DNA of 64,000 bases. Origin: a virus. The notes beneath the pieces were generated by a model. That model was not told where the DNA came from, did not search any database, and worked only from the letters and a program-made list of their open reading frames with translations. Below are positions 44,411 to 53,652 of this stretch, in pieces. The stretch is from positions 1-64,000 of IMG/VR virus record IMGVR_UViG_3300032046_000010; one strand, 5' to 3'. Within the stretch, counting starts at the first letter, position 1. Each line of letters opens with the position of its first letter. A program made the position numbers and the translations under genes.

Positions 44411-45072
44411 GAGGGGTCCTCCAGGTCCACCGCGCCCGGTCCCGCCTTCTCACGGGTCACGTACAACCCCGTGTCGGGGTCGAACACCAGCCCAGGTTCC
44501 CAAATCCAACTTGATGAGGTGGTGTGCACCATCTTCCTCGCCGCCCCTGGTCCCAGATACGCTCTGTCAAGTGGGATGGGGATCTCACATCCCTGGATCG
44601 TGGGGTCGCCGGTAGCGTCCCGGTCGCCCCAGCTTCCCGACAGGAGTGCGCTCAACACGTAGTTGCCAAAGGCCTGAGCAGGCCTTGGGAACGAAGTCTT
44701 GTACATCTGCCCGTTGCGACACAACCACACGGCGCAATCCAACATCTCCCGGGGCATGTGTCCGTGTTCATAGGCGTCCCACGCCAGCTTGAACTGGTCC
44801 CGGTACGCTCCCTTGCGGAGATGCCACCAGTCCAAGTCGGTCGGCTTCCCGCGCCGCTTCTGTTCCTCGTTGAAGGCAGCGCTGTACAACTTGGCCGCGT
44901 GTTTCGCCACAGCCTCCCTGAACGCCTTCACCAATGCTGGGTCGCCGGAGGCTCCGGCCGCTTGTCTGTCCGTCAGCGGCACTCTGGACAGCATCAACGG
45001 GATGGTGTTGGGCAGCACCTTCATGCCTGAGGGCAACAGCCAGCCAGCATCCAGCTTCGTGACTTCGCTCAT
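44407..45072 (-). CDS. hypothetical protein (initiator/helicase-loader position)
   Basis: GGAGG RBS; ATGA-coupled to dnaB. Confidence 0.65.
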   Translation of the reverse strand: MSEVTKLDAGWLLPSGMKVLPNTIPLMLSRVPLTDRQAAGASGDPALVKAFREAVAKHAAKLYSAAFNEEQKRRGKPTDLDWWHLRKGAYRDQFKLAWDAYEHGHMPREMLDCAVWLCRNGQMYKTSFPRPAQAFGNYVLSALLSGSWGDRDATGDPTIQGCEIPIPLDRAYLGPGAARKMVHTTSSSWIWEPGLVFDPDTGLYVTREKAGPGAVDLEDPS

Positions 45073-45430
45073 GGTGTCGCCTCCCGCGCTCGCGCGTTGA
45101 TTGCGAGCGAAGCGAAGCACTTCACGAGCGAAGCGAGTGAAGGGATAGCAGAGGGGTTGAGGGAGGGGTTCAAGGGGAGGGAGCAGGGGAGTGCCGACAC
45201 ACTCACGAAGTTTGGGCAATCCCAGCACTTGTCTTGGCTCACCATCTCATCGCCTTTGTGTTGCCAGAGCGTCAGGCCGTCGCACCCGGTCGGCTGACTT
45301 GGTGAGGCTGGGTGGACCCCAGGGGAAGGCTGCCCCATCGCGTCAGTTTGGCCCGCTCCGGCGTTGAACCGGGCCGATGCGCAACGATAGCCTAGCGGGC
45401 AGCTTGTATCCGCCAGTCGTTCCAGCGCTT

Positions 45431-46852
45431 TCATACCCCACAGGCCTTGATGCTGAAACACTTCTCAGCCTTGTAAGCCTTGATCCGTTCCAGCGAGTGT
45501 TCTGCCAGGTATGGGTTGGTGAGGTCCACGAAGTCGATGATGGTTGCTCCTGTCTTGCCCTCGCTTGGCGTCATATTGCGAAGCCGCTGGATGGTACTCT
45601 TGCGAGCCGCCCCGCCCTCCGCGTTGATCACCACTTCCAACTCAGGGATGTCAACGCCCTCGCCCAACAGTGTGCTCACGATCACGTCCAGCCGTCCGGC
45701 TCGGAGCCGTGCCACTGTTTCAGTCCGTTCCTCAGATGTGGACTTGTTGATGAGCAGCTCTGCCCTGAGCCCTTCCGACCTCAGCATCTCCAACAGGTTC
45801 TCGCCGTGCTGGATCCTGCCGATGTCCACGAGGGTCCGCAGCCCTTCCGCGCTGGCCTCGACCGCGCACTGGACGATGCGATGATTGCGGGGTCTGTTGT
45901 GCGTGATCAACCTGTCGTAGATTCCACTGCTCCAGTCGCTGTCATCGCTGGGGGACTTGATGGTGTACAGCCGGACCTCTGTGGGGACCAGCCATCCCTT
46001 CCGCACGAGGTAGGCCATGTCCACTTCGTACACGACCGGCCCACAGATTGCTTTGAGCCAGAGCGCCGCTCGCTCGTTGGGCTTCCGCCGTGAGATGTAC
46101 GCCGTTGCGCTCAGACCCACACGCGCTGCGGCCGGGCACTCCATGAGTGGACGCCGCCATTCCTCAGCTTCCAAGTGATGGCACTCATCAACGATCAGCA
46201 ACCCGGCCCGGTTCAGGACTTCCCTGACATCCTTGGAGCCGGAGCCACTCATCAGCGACTGGAACGTGGCGACTGTGATGTCGCCCGCCGTCCGCTCACC
46301 ATCTCCTATCTCCCCCACGGCCAGCCCGCTGAAGACGGAACGGAACACCGTCGCAGCCTGCTCCAGCAACATGATGGATGGGACCACGAACAGCGTACGC
46401 AGGTTCAGCTTGTGGATCAGCAACGATGCCGTGAGCGTCTTGCCAGACCTGATCGGCATCTTGAGGATGCCCAGCTGCTTGACATCGGCCCGGCCGACCT
46501 CGATGGACTCCACTGCCTGGTCCTGGTACGGCCGGAGCCGCTTGCCGGGGTCGTACAGATGCTCTGGGAGTGGTTCGCCCGGCCCGCGCCGATCCTGGAC
46601 TCTGAAGACAACCCCCATGTTGCTCAAGGCTGTCTTCACATCTGGCAACAACCCGATGGGGAATGTGTAACCACCGCTGCGTCGCTTCACACGAATGAAA
46701 TGGACCTTGCCATCCCATCTTTTCATTCTGTAAGCCTTGGAAAACCAAGCACCTTCGACCGGGTATGAAAGCAGTTCATCGAGTTGGCGTGCCACTTCAA
46801 GCGGAGCCTCGGAAACGGTGACTTTTGAGCCTTCAAGCTCGATGACGATCAT
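45431..46852 (-). CDS. SF2 DExH helicase (UvsW/XPB-like)
   Basis: LRPYQ, RSGKT, DECH, GLSAT, EGVDIP. Confidence 0.92.
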   Translation of the reverse strand: MIVIELEGSKVTVSEAPLEVARQLDELLSYPVEGAWFSKAYRMKRWDGKVHFIRVKRRSGGYTFPIGLLPDVKTALSNMGVVFRVQDRRGPGEPLPEHLYDPGKRLRPYQDQAVESIEVGRADVKQLGILKMPIRSGKTLTASLLIHKLNLRTLFVVPSIMLLEQAATVFRSVFSGLAVGEIGDGERTAGDITVATFQSLMSGSGSKDVREVLNRAGLLIVDECHHLEAEEWRRPLMECPAAARVGLSATAYISRRKPNERAALWLKAICGPVVYEVDMAYLVRKGWLVPTEVRLYTIKSPSDDSDWSSGIYDRLITHNRPRNHRIVQCAVEASAEGLRTLVDIGRIQHGENLLEMLRSEGLRAELLINKSTSEERTETVARLRAGRLDVIVSTLLGEGVDIPELEVVINAEGGAARKSTIQRLRNMTPSEGKTGATIIDFVDLTNPYLAEHSLERIKAYKAEKCFSIKACGV

Positions 46853-46887
46853 GCCCTATCCTACGTGTACAGCTACAGCGTCAACGA

Positions 46888-47091
46888 TCAGTGCTGGCTC
46901 GGTCCATCCTCCGGCGGAGGCTCATCCGATGGTCGTTCGCTCGGATGCTCAGATGCCCCGTTGCTCCGCCGGTTGCGCAGCTTCCGCCGCGCCTCCCGCA
47001 GTTCCTGCATGGTGGTGTCGAGCCGCTGACCGCTCTCCAGCGTGTCCTGTTCCAGTTTCTCCAACTGTGGCGTCATGTCAGCCTCCGCCAT
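46888..47091 (-). CDS. small coiled-coil protein
   Basis: Heptad pattern; follows the holin-like gene. Confidence 0.55.
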   Translation of the reverse strand: MAEADMTPQLEKLEQDTLESGQRLDTTMQELREARRKLRNRRSNGASEHPSERPSDEPPPEDGPSQH

Positions 47092-47338
47092 CCCCCAGCC
47101 CCTCTGTGAACTTCTTGTAGGGGCAATCCTCGCATGACTCGTTCAGGTCAGTGATGGCACCCGTGACCTCCGTCGCCAACTGGGCGTTCCGGGTAGCGTC
47201 TGCTACCAGCTGCTCTGTGTAGCGCCGGTACAGGTCCCACATCTGCCGGTCCCGCTTCCAAAGTGCCAGGAGTGCCAGGAGGCACACCAGCCCCAGAACA
47301 CCTCGCTCAAGGAAAGCTGCGATGATCTGCTCGGTCAT
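47078..47338 (-). CDS. small membrane protein, holin-like
   Basis: N-terminal TM helix GVLGLVCLLALLALW followed by a coiled segment. Confidence 0.6.
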   Translation of the reverse strand: MTEQIIAAFLERGVLGLVCLLALLALWKRDRQMWDLYRRYTEQLVADATRNAQLATEVTGAITDLNESCEDCPYKKFTEGLGDGGG

Positions 47339-47341
47339 GGC

Positions 47342-47809
47342 TCACATGCACTCCAACAGCGCTACTCCCCCGAACACCAGCCCGATTCCACCAACCAACC
47401 CGATGATGATCCCGATGGTCAGCGCGTAGCGGTCCCACCAGGACTCCTCACTGATGGTGGCCACTTGTCGCATCGCGCCTTCGTAGATGGTCTGTTGCTC
47501 TTCCAGCAAAGATGCTCGGATGCCGGCCAGCCCTTGGGCTTCCTGTAGGTCCAGATCCAGCTTGAGGTAGCCCACGAACGTTGCCTCAGGCACCAGTAGC
47601 CCGTTCCACGGGGCCGACTCGCCCTGTAACAACGGAACGACCGGCGGCACATCCGGCTCCGCGTCCGGCTCCGTTGCTCCCGCGTCCGGCTCCGCCTCAG
47701 CTTCAATGGTGGCAGTTCCACCGTCAGTGCTGTCCGCAAACGCCAGCTGGGGCAGGAGTAGCGGCGGGATCAAGATGGGCAGCAGGAACACGTATTGCGC
47801 TGGTATCAT
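47342..47809 (-). CDS. signal-peptide plus C-terminal TM protein (spanin-like candidate)
   Basis: Hydrophobic N-terminus ending AFA; C-terminal TM helix. Confidence 0.6.
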   Translation of the reverse strand: MIPAQYVFLLPILIPPLLLPQLAFADSTDGGTATIEAEAEPDAGATEPDAEPDVPPVVPLLQGESAPWNGLLVPEATFVGYLKLDLDLQEAQGLAGIRASLLEEQQTIYEGAMRQVATISEESWWDRYALTIGIIIGLVGGIGLVFGGVALLECM

Positions 47810-48114
47810 CGTCGCTTCATCCTGTTGGCGAAGTCCGCCAAAGCCATCAGCCTGTACTTGTCGTTCTTGATTGCGCTGATGGTGGTCAGTTCCTTCTTGG
47901 CCTGCTCGACTTGCGCTGTGAGCAGACGCTCCTGAGCTTCCGCTCGCCGCTTGGCCAAGTTGGCGTCATCGATGGCCTTGAGCAGCTTGGCGTCCGTGGG
48001 AGTGGACTTCCACTTGACCAGGACGATGATCAGCGCCGCGATGGCGATGATCGCAATGACCAGGAACACCCAACCCGCCGTTCCCATCGCTCCCTCCCTC
48101 ACCACCACGGCCAA
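47806..48114 (-). CDS. single-TM coiled-coil protein (i-spanin-like)
   Basis: WVFLVIAIIAIAALIIVLV followed by a coiled coil. Confidence 0.6.
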   Translation of the reverse strand: MAVVVREGAMGTAGWVFLVIAIIAIAALIIVLVKWKSTPTDAKLLKAIDDANLAKRRAEAQERLLTAQVEQAKKELTTISAIKNDKYRLMALADFANRMKRR

Positions 48115-48572
48115 CGGTCGTTCCCGGCCTCTGGGCCTAGACCGCCGATGGCCTCCCCCGCTTGACGCCTTGCGTCCAGTTCAAACGGGTTGGCGGAGTA
48201 GCTGTGGAGGCTCCGGCATGCGAGCCAGATCACCACGCTCATCTGGGCGTAGAACACCCAGTGGATCAGGCCCAGGATCAGCTGCTGCTTCAGGTGTACC
48301 CGCTCATGTAGCCGGGTCCGCTGGTCCTTGTAGCTGTTCTCACTCGTGTAGACCACGAACCAGCCCAGGGAGAATGCGGACCAGTTGGACTTGCTCATCC
48401 GCGAACCCGGCTCCACCGTCAGGTCCCAAGCTCCCTCGCGCCATCCCCGCCATGTCAGTTGACGGAAGGCAAGCAGCGGTCCCAGGTAGAACAGGAACCC
48501 CAGCACCATCGTGGGAAGGGACCAGATGCCCACGAGGATGCGGACCGCCCAGTTGCGAGGCCAGTGAGACAT
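48099..48572 (-). CDS. membrane protein with HExxH motif
   Basis: RLHERVHLKQ...NPFELDA. Confidence 0.7.
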   Translation of the reverse strand: MSHWPRNWAVRILVGIWSLPTMVLGFLFYLGPLLAFRQLTWRGWREGAWDLTVEPGSRMSKSNWSAFSLGWFVVYTSENSYKDQRTRLHERVHLKQQLILGLIHWVFYAQMSVVIWLACRSLHSYSANPFELDARRQAGEAIGGLGPEAGNDRWPWW

Positions 48573-48582
48573 CGCCGCCCCG

Positions 48583-49185
48583 CTAGCCAGTCCCGGTGCG
48601 CTTGGCGCGGCCGGTCGGAGTGACCGTGTTCATCAGCTCGTTGAAGCCGGATGACCCCAGTGCCGCTCCGATGCCGCCTAGGAGTGCGCTCCACCAGACG
48701 ACACCGCCGTTCATCGCTGCGAACACGGAACCCGCTAGGCCCAGCACCAGTGCAATGAGGGGTCTGAGCCATTTGCGGACTCCCAGCAGCGTCTTGATGA
48801 AGCCCAGCTTGGTGATCTGGATCAGCAAGTAGATGAGCGCCGTCAGGCCTGCGATCCATCCTTGCGTCTTCCAGATGTCGAAGGTGTCGCCTGCGCCCTT
48901 GACGATGTCGCCCACGGTCGGCTCCGGTTCCGTTCCGCCGTCGCCTTCTGCGTCACCCACCTGCGTGGCTCCTGCGTCGCCGGTGCTGGTGTTGGTGGTG
49001 CCTTCGGGCGGAGGTACATCCACCGCAACTGCGGCATCTGCGGTGGATTCCGCAACGGGTGCCGCCGGAGCCGCATCCGTGACAGCCGTGGCCTCCGTGT
49101 GGAGCGCCGCAACCGCTCCCGCGCCCTGTGCGGACGCGGAAGCCGCGAACACGAACATCAGGAACGTGACCAGGATTGCTTTCAT
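48583..49185 (-). CDS. signal-peptide multi-TM protein (holin-like C-terminus)
   Basis: ASA signal, low-complexity linker, three hydrophobic helices. Confidence 0.65.
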   Translation of the reverse strand: MKAILVTFLMFVFAASASAQGAGAVAALHTEATAVTDAAPAAPVAESTADAAVAVDVPPPEGTTNTSTGDAGATQVGDAEGDGGTEPEPTVGDIVKGAGDTFDIWKTQGWIAGLTALIYLLIQITKLGFIKTLLGVRKWLRPLIALVLGLAGSVFAAMNGGVVWWSALLGGIGAALGSSGFNELMNTVTPTGRAKRTGTG

Positions 49186-49640
49186 GACAGACCTTCCTTC
49201 CCCTTGCCCCCAGCTTCATCGCTGTCGGGCGGTGTCGGCGGTAGCAACGGACCACCCGCCGCTCCCCGCATGCGTCCGGCGAGGGCAAGCGCCTCAGCGC
49301 GCTTCGCCTCCGCCTTGGCCTTGATGTCAACCAGTTCCGGCGGCAGTGTGCGAGGCTCGCTGGGGTCCAGCTTCCCGGTCGGCTCGCCGCCGGTCGCCGC
49401 CGGGGCGTCAAACTCCAGCAGCATCGCCTCGATGGACTCCTGCGCGCCGATGGCCTTGAGGTGTTGCGATTCTGCTTCCTCCAAGTCATGTCGCAGCTTG
49501 GTCACGATGGATTCCATCCGCTGTCGCAACCCGTTGGTCTTGTGCCACTTGTCAATCAAGTAGCCCGTGGTGCCCTTGCGAGCCTCCTGCGGGGTCTGAA
49601 GGATGGCGGCCAACTTCTGTTTCGCATCGTTCAAGTTCAT
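49182..49640 (-). CDS. hypothetical coiled-coil protein
   Basis: AGGAGGT RBS; ATGA coupling. Confidence 0.7.
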   Translation of the reverse strand: MNLNDAKQKLAAILQTPQEARKGTTGYLIDKWHKTNGLRQRMESIVTKLRHDLEEAESQHLKAIGAQESIEAMLLEFDAPAATGGEPTGKLDPSEPRTLPPELVDIKAKAEAKRAEALALAGRMRGAAGGPLLPPTPPDSDEAGGKGKEGLS

Positions 49641-50141
49641 CTAAGCACCTCCTGCGCCGAAGTCTAGCGGTTTGAGTTTGCGACGTTCGCTCTGCTTGCG
49701 TCGTTCAGCAGGGTCCGACCAGCGACGGAAAGCTGCGCATCGTAGTTTCTCAATGTGTCGAGCAGTCGGAGAAACTCCTGTTTTGGCAGCGCTGATTCTG
49801 TGTCGAATCTCAGATGTCATTGTGACACCGTCGCCGCCGTCCGTGCTATTGGTCAGACGCGCTCCCCACCCACGTAAAGTTTTGATCCAGAACCGTTCAG
49901 CGCTGTCCAGCATTGACAGCGGAACCTCGGTCAACCTGACTATGGATGGACGCAAACCGTTGGTCACCAATGCTCTGATCCAACGAACACGGTGGAACTG
50001 GTATCTCTGGCATCCGGCATCTCGCATATGGGATGCCAAACGTGAACTGAGCGCAACACTTGTTTGTCCCACGTATCGGATCTGTCCGTCGCGGGGGTCG
50101 GTGAGTGCGTAGATGTATCCGACCTGTACCATTTTCATCAC
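49641..50141 (-). CDS. GIY-YIG homing endonuclease with NUMOD3-like tail
   Basis: GYIYAL...YVGQT, RL..H, ERFWI, LTNSTDGG; lower GC than flanks. Confidence 0.88.
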   Translation of the reverse strand: MMKMVQVGYIYALTDPRDGQIRYVGQTSVALSSRLASHMRDAGCQRYQFHRVRWIRALVTNGLRPSIVRLTEVPLSMLDSAERFWIKTLRGWGARLTNSTDGGDGVTMTSEIRHRISAAKTGVSPTARHIEKLRCAAFRRWSDPAERRKQSERRKLKPLDFGAGGA

Positions 50142-50145
50142 AAGA

Positions 50146-53100
50146 TCACAGGTTGTTGTTCACCGCGTTAGCTCCGATCATGTTCGCTGCCGCAAGGTCC
50201 CGCACGTTGCCTCCGGGGCAAACACAGCGGTTCAGCTGCCCGATGTTGTTCGAACTTCCAACTGCGAACGTCACACCCCAAGCACCAGCCGTCAACGTGG
50301 ACGTTACGTTGGAGCTGACCACGTTGCCGTTGCTGCTGACGTAGATGATGTCCAGCTGGATCGTCCCTGACAGCGGGTTCACGATGCCGGCCTGTCCGAT
50401 ACCGTTCATGACGTTGCCAGTGATCGAACAAGCTCCGCTGGTTCCGGCCGGAGACCAGATGGCATGACCCAGGATGTTGCGGAAGTAGTTGCCGGTGATG
50501 GCAGTGTAGGTTGCGCTGGCGTAGATGCCAATGCCACCGTTGACGTTGTTCCCGATGCGCCCCAGGTAGTTGCCGACCACCACGTGTCCCCAGCCACTGA
50601 GTCCGATTCCTACCGCACTGGTCGCAGCATCGCTGTTCCAGATTTCAACATGGTTGCCGATGACAACGCAATCGTATGTAGACTGGAGTCTGATGCCCCA
50701 GGTCCCGCCTCCCGCTCCCATCATCTTGCCTTCAACGTGATTGCCGGTGATGATGTGGCCGGTCCCCAACGCTCTGATCCCTGCCGCACCGACTCCGCCA
50801 CCTTGGGCTCCGTGACCCCAAACTAGGTTGTTTGAGATCACGTCGTATCCGCCCTCCACCAAGATGCCTTCGCGGTAGAACATCTCAACGCAGATGTTCC
50901 CATCAATCACGCATCGCTGCGGGGAACCTCCGCCCACCCAGATGCCGCCGTCGCCGTAGTAACTGATGTTGTTGGTGACGGCGCATTCCCATCCGTTCAC
51001 TGTGATGTCGAATGCTGTGGTGTAGCCACCACCATTGTAGTAGCAGATGTTGCCATCGTAGACCGACTGCCATGCCGCGCTGTAGATGGCTCCGGCTGAG
51101 TTGGTTTGCCCGGTGTCCATGACCAAGTTGTCGTTGACCTGGAACATCGCAGCGCTGGGAGACCAACAGAGGAAACCGAAGTCATGCATGACGGAGATGG
51201 TGTTGGACAGGAACTTGAGCGCCTGGTTGTTCAGGAAGTTGAACGGGACCACCAGCGCGTCCCGCGCAAGCGTGAAGTAGTTGTCCTCCACGGTCACGCG
51301 CGTGAACCCACCACGCAGATTGATGATGTCGCAATTGGTGGAGTACCCGCCGTTGAACAAGTTGTTCTGGATGTAGATGTCTTCGACAACATCGAAGTCG
51401 AACACGTATTCATTGGGGCTTCCGCTAGCGCCGGAGCGCCAGATGTAGTTGCCTTCCCAACGGCTGTTCGAAACAGGCATCCCCAACCCGCCGGTGGTGA
51501 ACACATAGTCCAGGAATCCGGCCTGAACCTCGTTGCCCTGGAACTTGAACCGCTTGATGCCGGAACCCACATCAACCAGGGCGCAGAACGTGCCGCCCGC
51601 GCCTCCGCCGTACGCAAAGAGTGTATCACGCATCGTCACGTCGCTGCACTGGATGTAGAACAGCGGAGCGCCGGTGAACGACCACGACACCATCGAGTTG
51701 GATTGCTTCAGATTGGACCGAATGGTCACAGGTGTGTTGATGCTGATCGTCTGCGTCTCCACCAACGGCCCACTGATAACGATCTCCACAGGCGCGTAGC
51801 GATGCGGGACCACGCCCCACACGTTGGTGGCCAAGTTGACCCAATCCACCGCCGCCTTCAAGCTCTGGAAGTTGTAGATGCGCGGGTTGCCGGGTCCGGC
51901 GAAGCCGACCGGCCCCACGGTCACCGACACGTTCCGGTCACTCTGACTGGTGAAGAACCGGAGATCAGACAGTCCGCTCAGGTTGGCTCCATCGCTGTAC
52001 ACGGAACAGATCTGAACGTATCCGTCCGTGAAAGCCGTTGTGTAGGTCAGGGTGGATACAAGTGCCCCGGTGTCGTCCACATACACGTAGTAGGTTCCAG
52101 GCACAGGGAAAGCGAAGCTGATTGGGGAAAGCAGTGCTTCACGAATACACCTGAGACCGCTTCCGTTGTCTTTGGCAATCAGCACGCTTCCGGCTGTGAA
52201 GCCCAGTGATGTACCAATCCCAATAGAAGGCTCGATGCCGTAGTTGACACCACATGCGAAGTGGTTGGACTCGATGTCTTGTGCCTCGTTGAGCGACTCC
52301 ACGATGGACGGATGCGTGAAGTGGCTCATCTGTCCCCACGTAGGCAGCATCACATCGAATCCAGACAGGTTGACCCCGCCCGCTCCGAACGTGTATGGAT
52401 CCCTGAAGTTGAGATCCGCTCCGCCGTATGTGATGGAGTCGATGATGGCGGTGGCACCAGCAAGGTACAGGGTGCCGTCCAAGTACACGGAGTGCGTGAA
52501 GCCGGTCCCGGCTCCCCAAAAGAACGACATGGGAGCGCCGGCAGGCCACGGGCCAGCGCCGGTGACCTCAAAGAACATGTAGCCAGCGCCCTCATAGATG
52601 CTGTAGTCATCAAACTGGAACTCTGAGGACGAAGACATGACCAAGTTGCCGATGAGGTCCACGTCGCCGCCGATGTAGGTGTCGCCATCCTCATCGACTC
52701 CGAACACCCTGGCAGCCAGCGCGTCCAAGACTGTGATCTGATCCTCGTTGACATCGAGCACATCGGCCGTGACCTGGACCTTGGTGTCACCATGGATGTC
52801 GATGCGCGTGATCTCGGACCACGCACTTGCGGTCCACGCGATGACGTGCTGGTCCACCGTGCTGATCTGGCCTGGCAGAACCGGAGTGCCCGGCCCGCCT
52901 CCGGTGATGGCGGCGAGGAACAGCACGCCCGGGGTGGTCCGCAAGTCACCGCTGGTCTGGCGCTGGAAAGTCACGCCCAGCTCCTGGACCTTGTAGTCGG
53001 CCGGGGTCGTGCTGACGCTTCCGGCCATCTGCCCCAGGAGCCCACCGGTGTCGATGAAGTTGTTGAAGCCATTCCACTGAACGGCGCAGGTCTCAAAGGC

Positions 53101-53640
53101 TGCAGCTGGGATGTCGATCAGCGGGTTGGTCAACCAGATCTTGACGTTGCGTCCCACGTGGCTGACACCAGGCTCGGTGACACTATTCACGATGACACGA
53201 ACAAACGCGCCCATGTCGGTCACCAGGTTGGGAGTCCCCAGGTTGCCGATGCTCTCCTTGTACTGGGTGTAGTGCTTCCAACCCGTCCGGGGGTTGACCT
53301 CAACGCCGTCCTCCACGATGACGTGACGCAACCCCAGATGGTACACCACGCCCAGGCTGTTCTCGAACAGGATGTTGCTCAACAGCGGGTCGGCCGCGCC
53401 GAACTCGATGGTGTATCCATCTCCGCTCGCTCCGGCAAACGCAGCCGTGATCCTCACACCGTCCACGAATGCCGTGGGGATGACCGGCGTGAGCACATCG
53501 AAGCTGCCATCGTCGTTGAACACCCGGCTGTGGATGTCGATCTCCCTGTCGCGCAGGTAGTCCAGAAAGCCGGTGCGCAGCTGATCGTAGGGCAGCAGCT
53601 TCTTGGAGTACAGGTTCGTGAAAACAGCGCCGGTTCCCAT
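50146..53640 (-). CDS. tail fibre/tailspike with right-handed beta-helix repeats
   Basis: Repeated IxGN/VxNN parallel beta-helix units; follows the baseplate genes. Confidence 0.85.
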   Translation of the reverse strand: MGTGAVFTNLYSKKLLPYDQLRTGFLDYLRDREIDIHSRVFNDDGSFDVLTPVIPTAFVDGVRITAAFAGASGDGYTIEFGAADPLLSNILFENSLGVVYHLGLRHVIVEDGVEVNPRTGWKHYTQYKESIGNLGTPNLVTDMGAFVRVIVNSVTEPGVSHVGRNVKIWLTNPLIDIPAAAFETCAVQWNGFNNFIDTGGLLGQMAGSVSTTPADYKVQELGVTFQRQTSGDLRTTPGVLFLAAITGGGPGTPVLPGQISTVDQHVIAWTASAWSEITRIDIHGDTKVQVTADVLDVNEDQITVLDALAARVFGVDEDGDTYIGGDVDLIGNLVMSSSSEFQFDDYSIYEGAGYMFFEVTGAGPWPAGAPMSFFWGAGTGFTHSVYLDGTLYLAGATAIIDSITYGGADLNFRDPYTFGAGGVNLSGFDVMLPTWGQMSHFTHPSIVESLNEAQDIESNHFACGVNYGIEPSIGIGTSLGFTAGSVLIAKDNGSGLRCIREALLSPISFAFPVPGTYYVYVDDTGALVSTLTYTTAFTDGYVQICSVYSDGANLSGLSDLRFFTSQSDRNVSVTVGPVGFAGPGNPRIYNFQSLKAAVDWVNLATNVWGVVPHRYAPVEIVISGPLVETQTISINTPVTIRSNLKQSNSMVSWSFTGAPLFYIQCSDVTMRDTLFAYGGGAGGTFCALVDVGSGIKRFKFQGNEVQAGFLDYVFTTGGLGMPVSNSRWEGNYIWRSGASGSPNEYVFDFDVVEDIYIQNNLFNGGYSTNCDIINLRGGFTRVTVEDNYFTLARDALVVPFNFLNNQALKFLSNTISVMHDFGFLCWSPSAAMFQVNDNLVMDTGQTNSAGAIYSAAWQSVYDGNICYYNGGGYTTAFDITVNGWECAVTNNISYYGDGGIWVGGGSPQRCVIDGNICVEMFYREGILVEGGYDVISNNLVWGHGAQGGGVGAAGIRALGTGHIITGNHVEGKMMGAGGGTWGIRLQSTYDCVVIGNHVEIWNSDAATSAVGIGLSGWGHVVVGNYLGRIGNNVNGGIGIYASATYTAITGNYFRNILGHAIWSPAGTSGACSITGNVMNGIGQAGIVNPLSGTIQLDIIYVSSNGNVVSSNVTSTLTAGAWGVTFAVGSSNNIGQLNRCVCPGGNVRDLAAANMIGANAVNNNL

Positions 53641-53652
53641 CTCAGACCTCCA

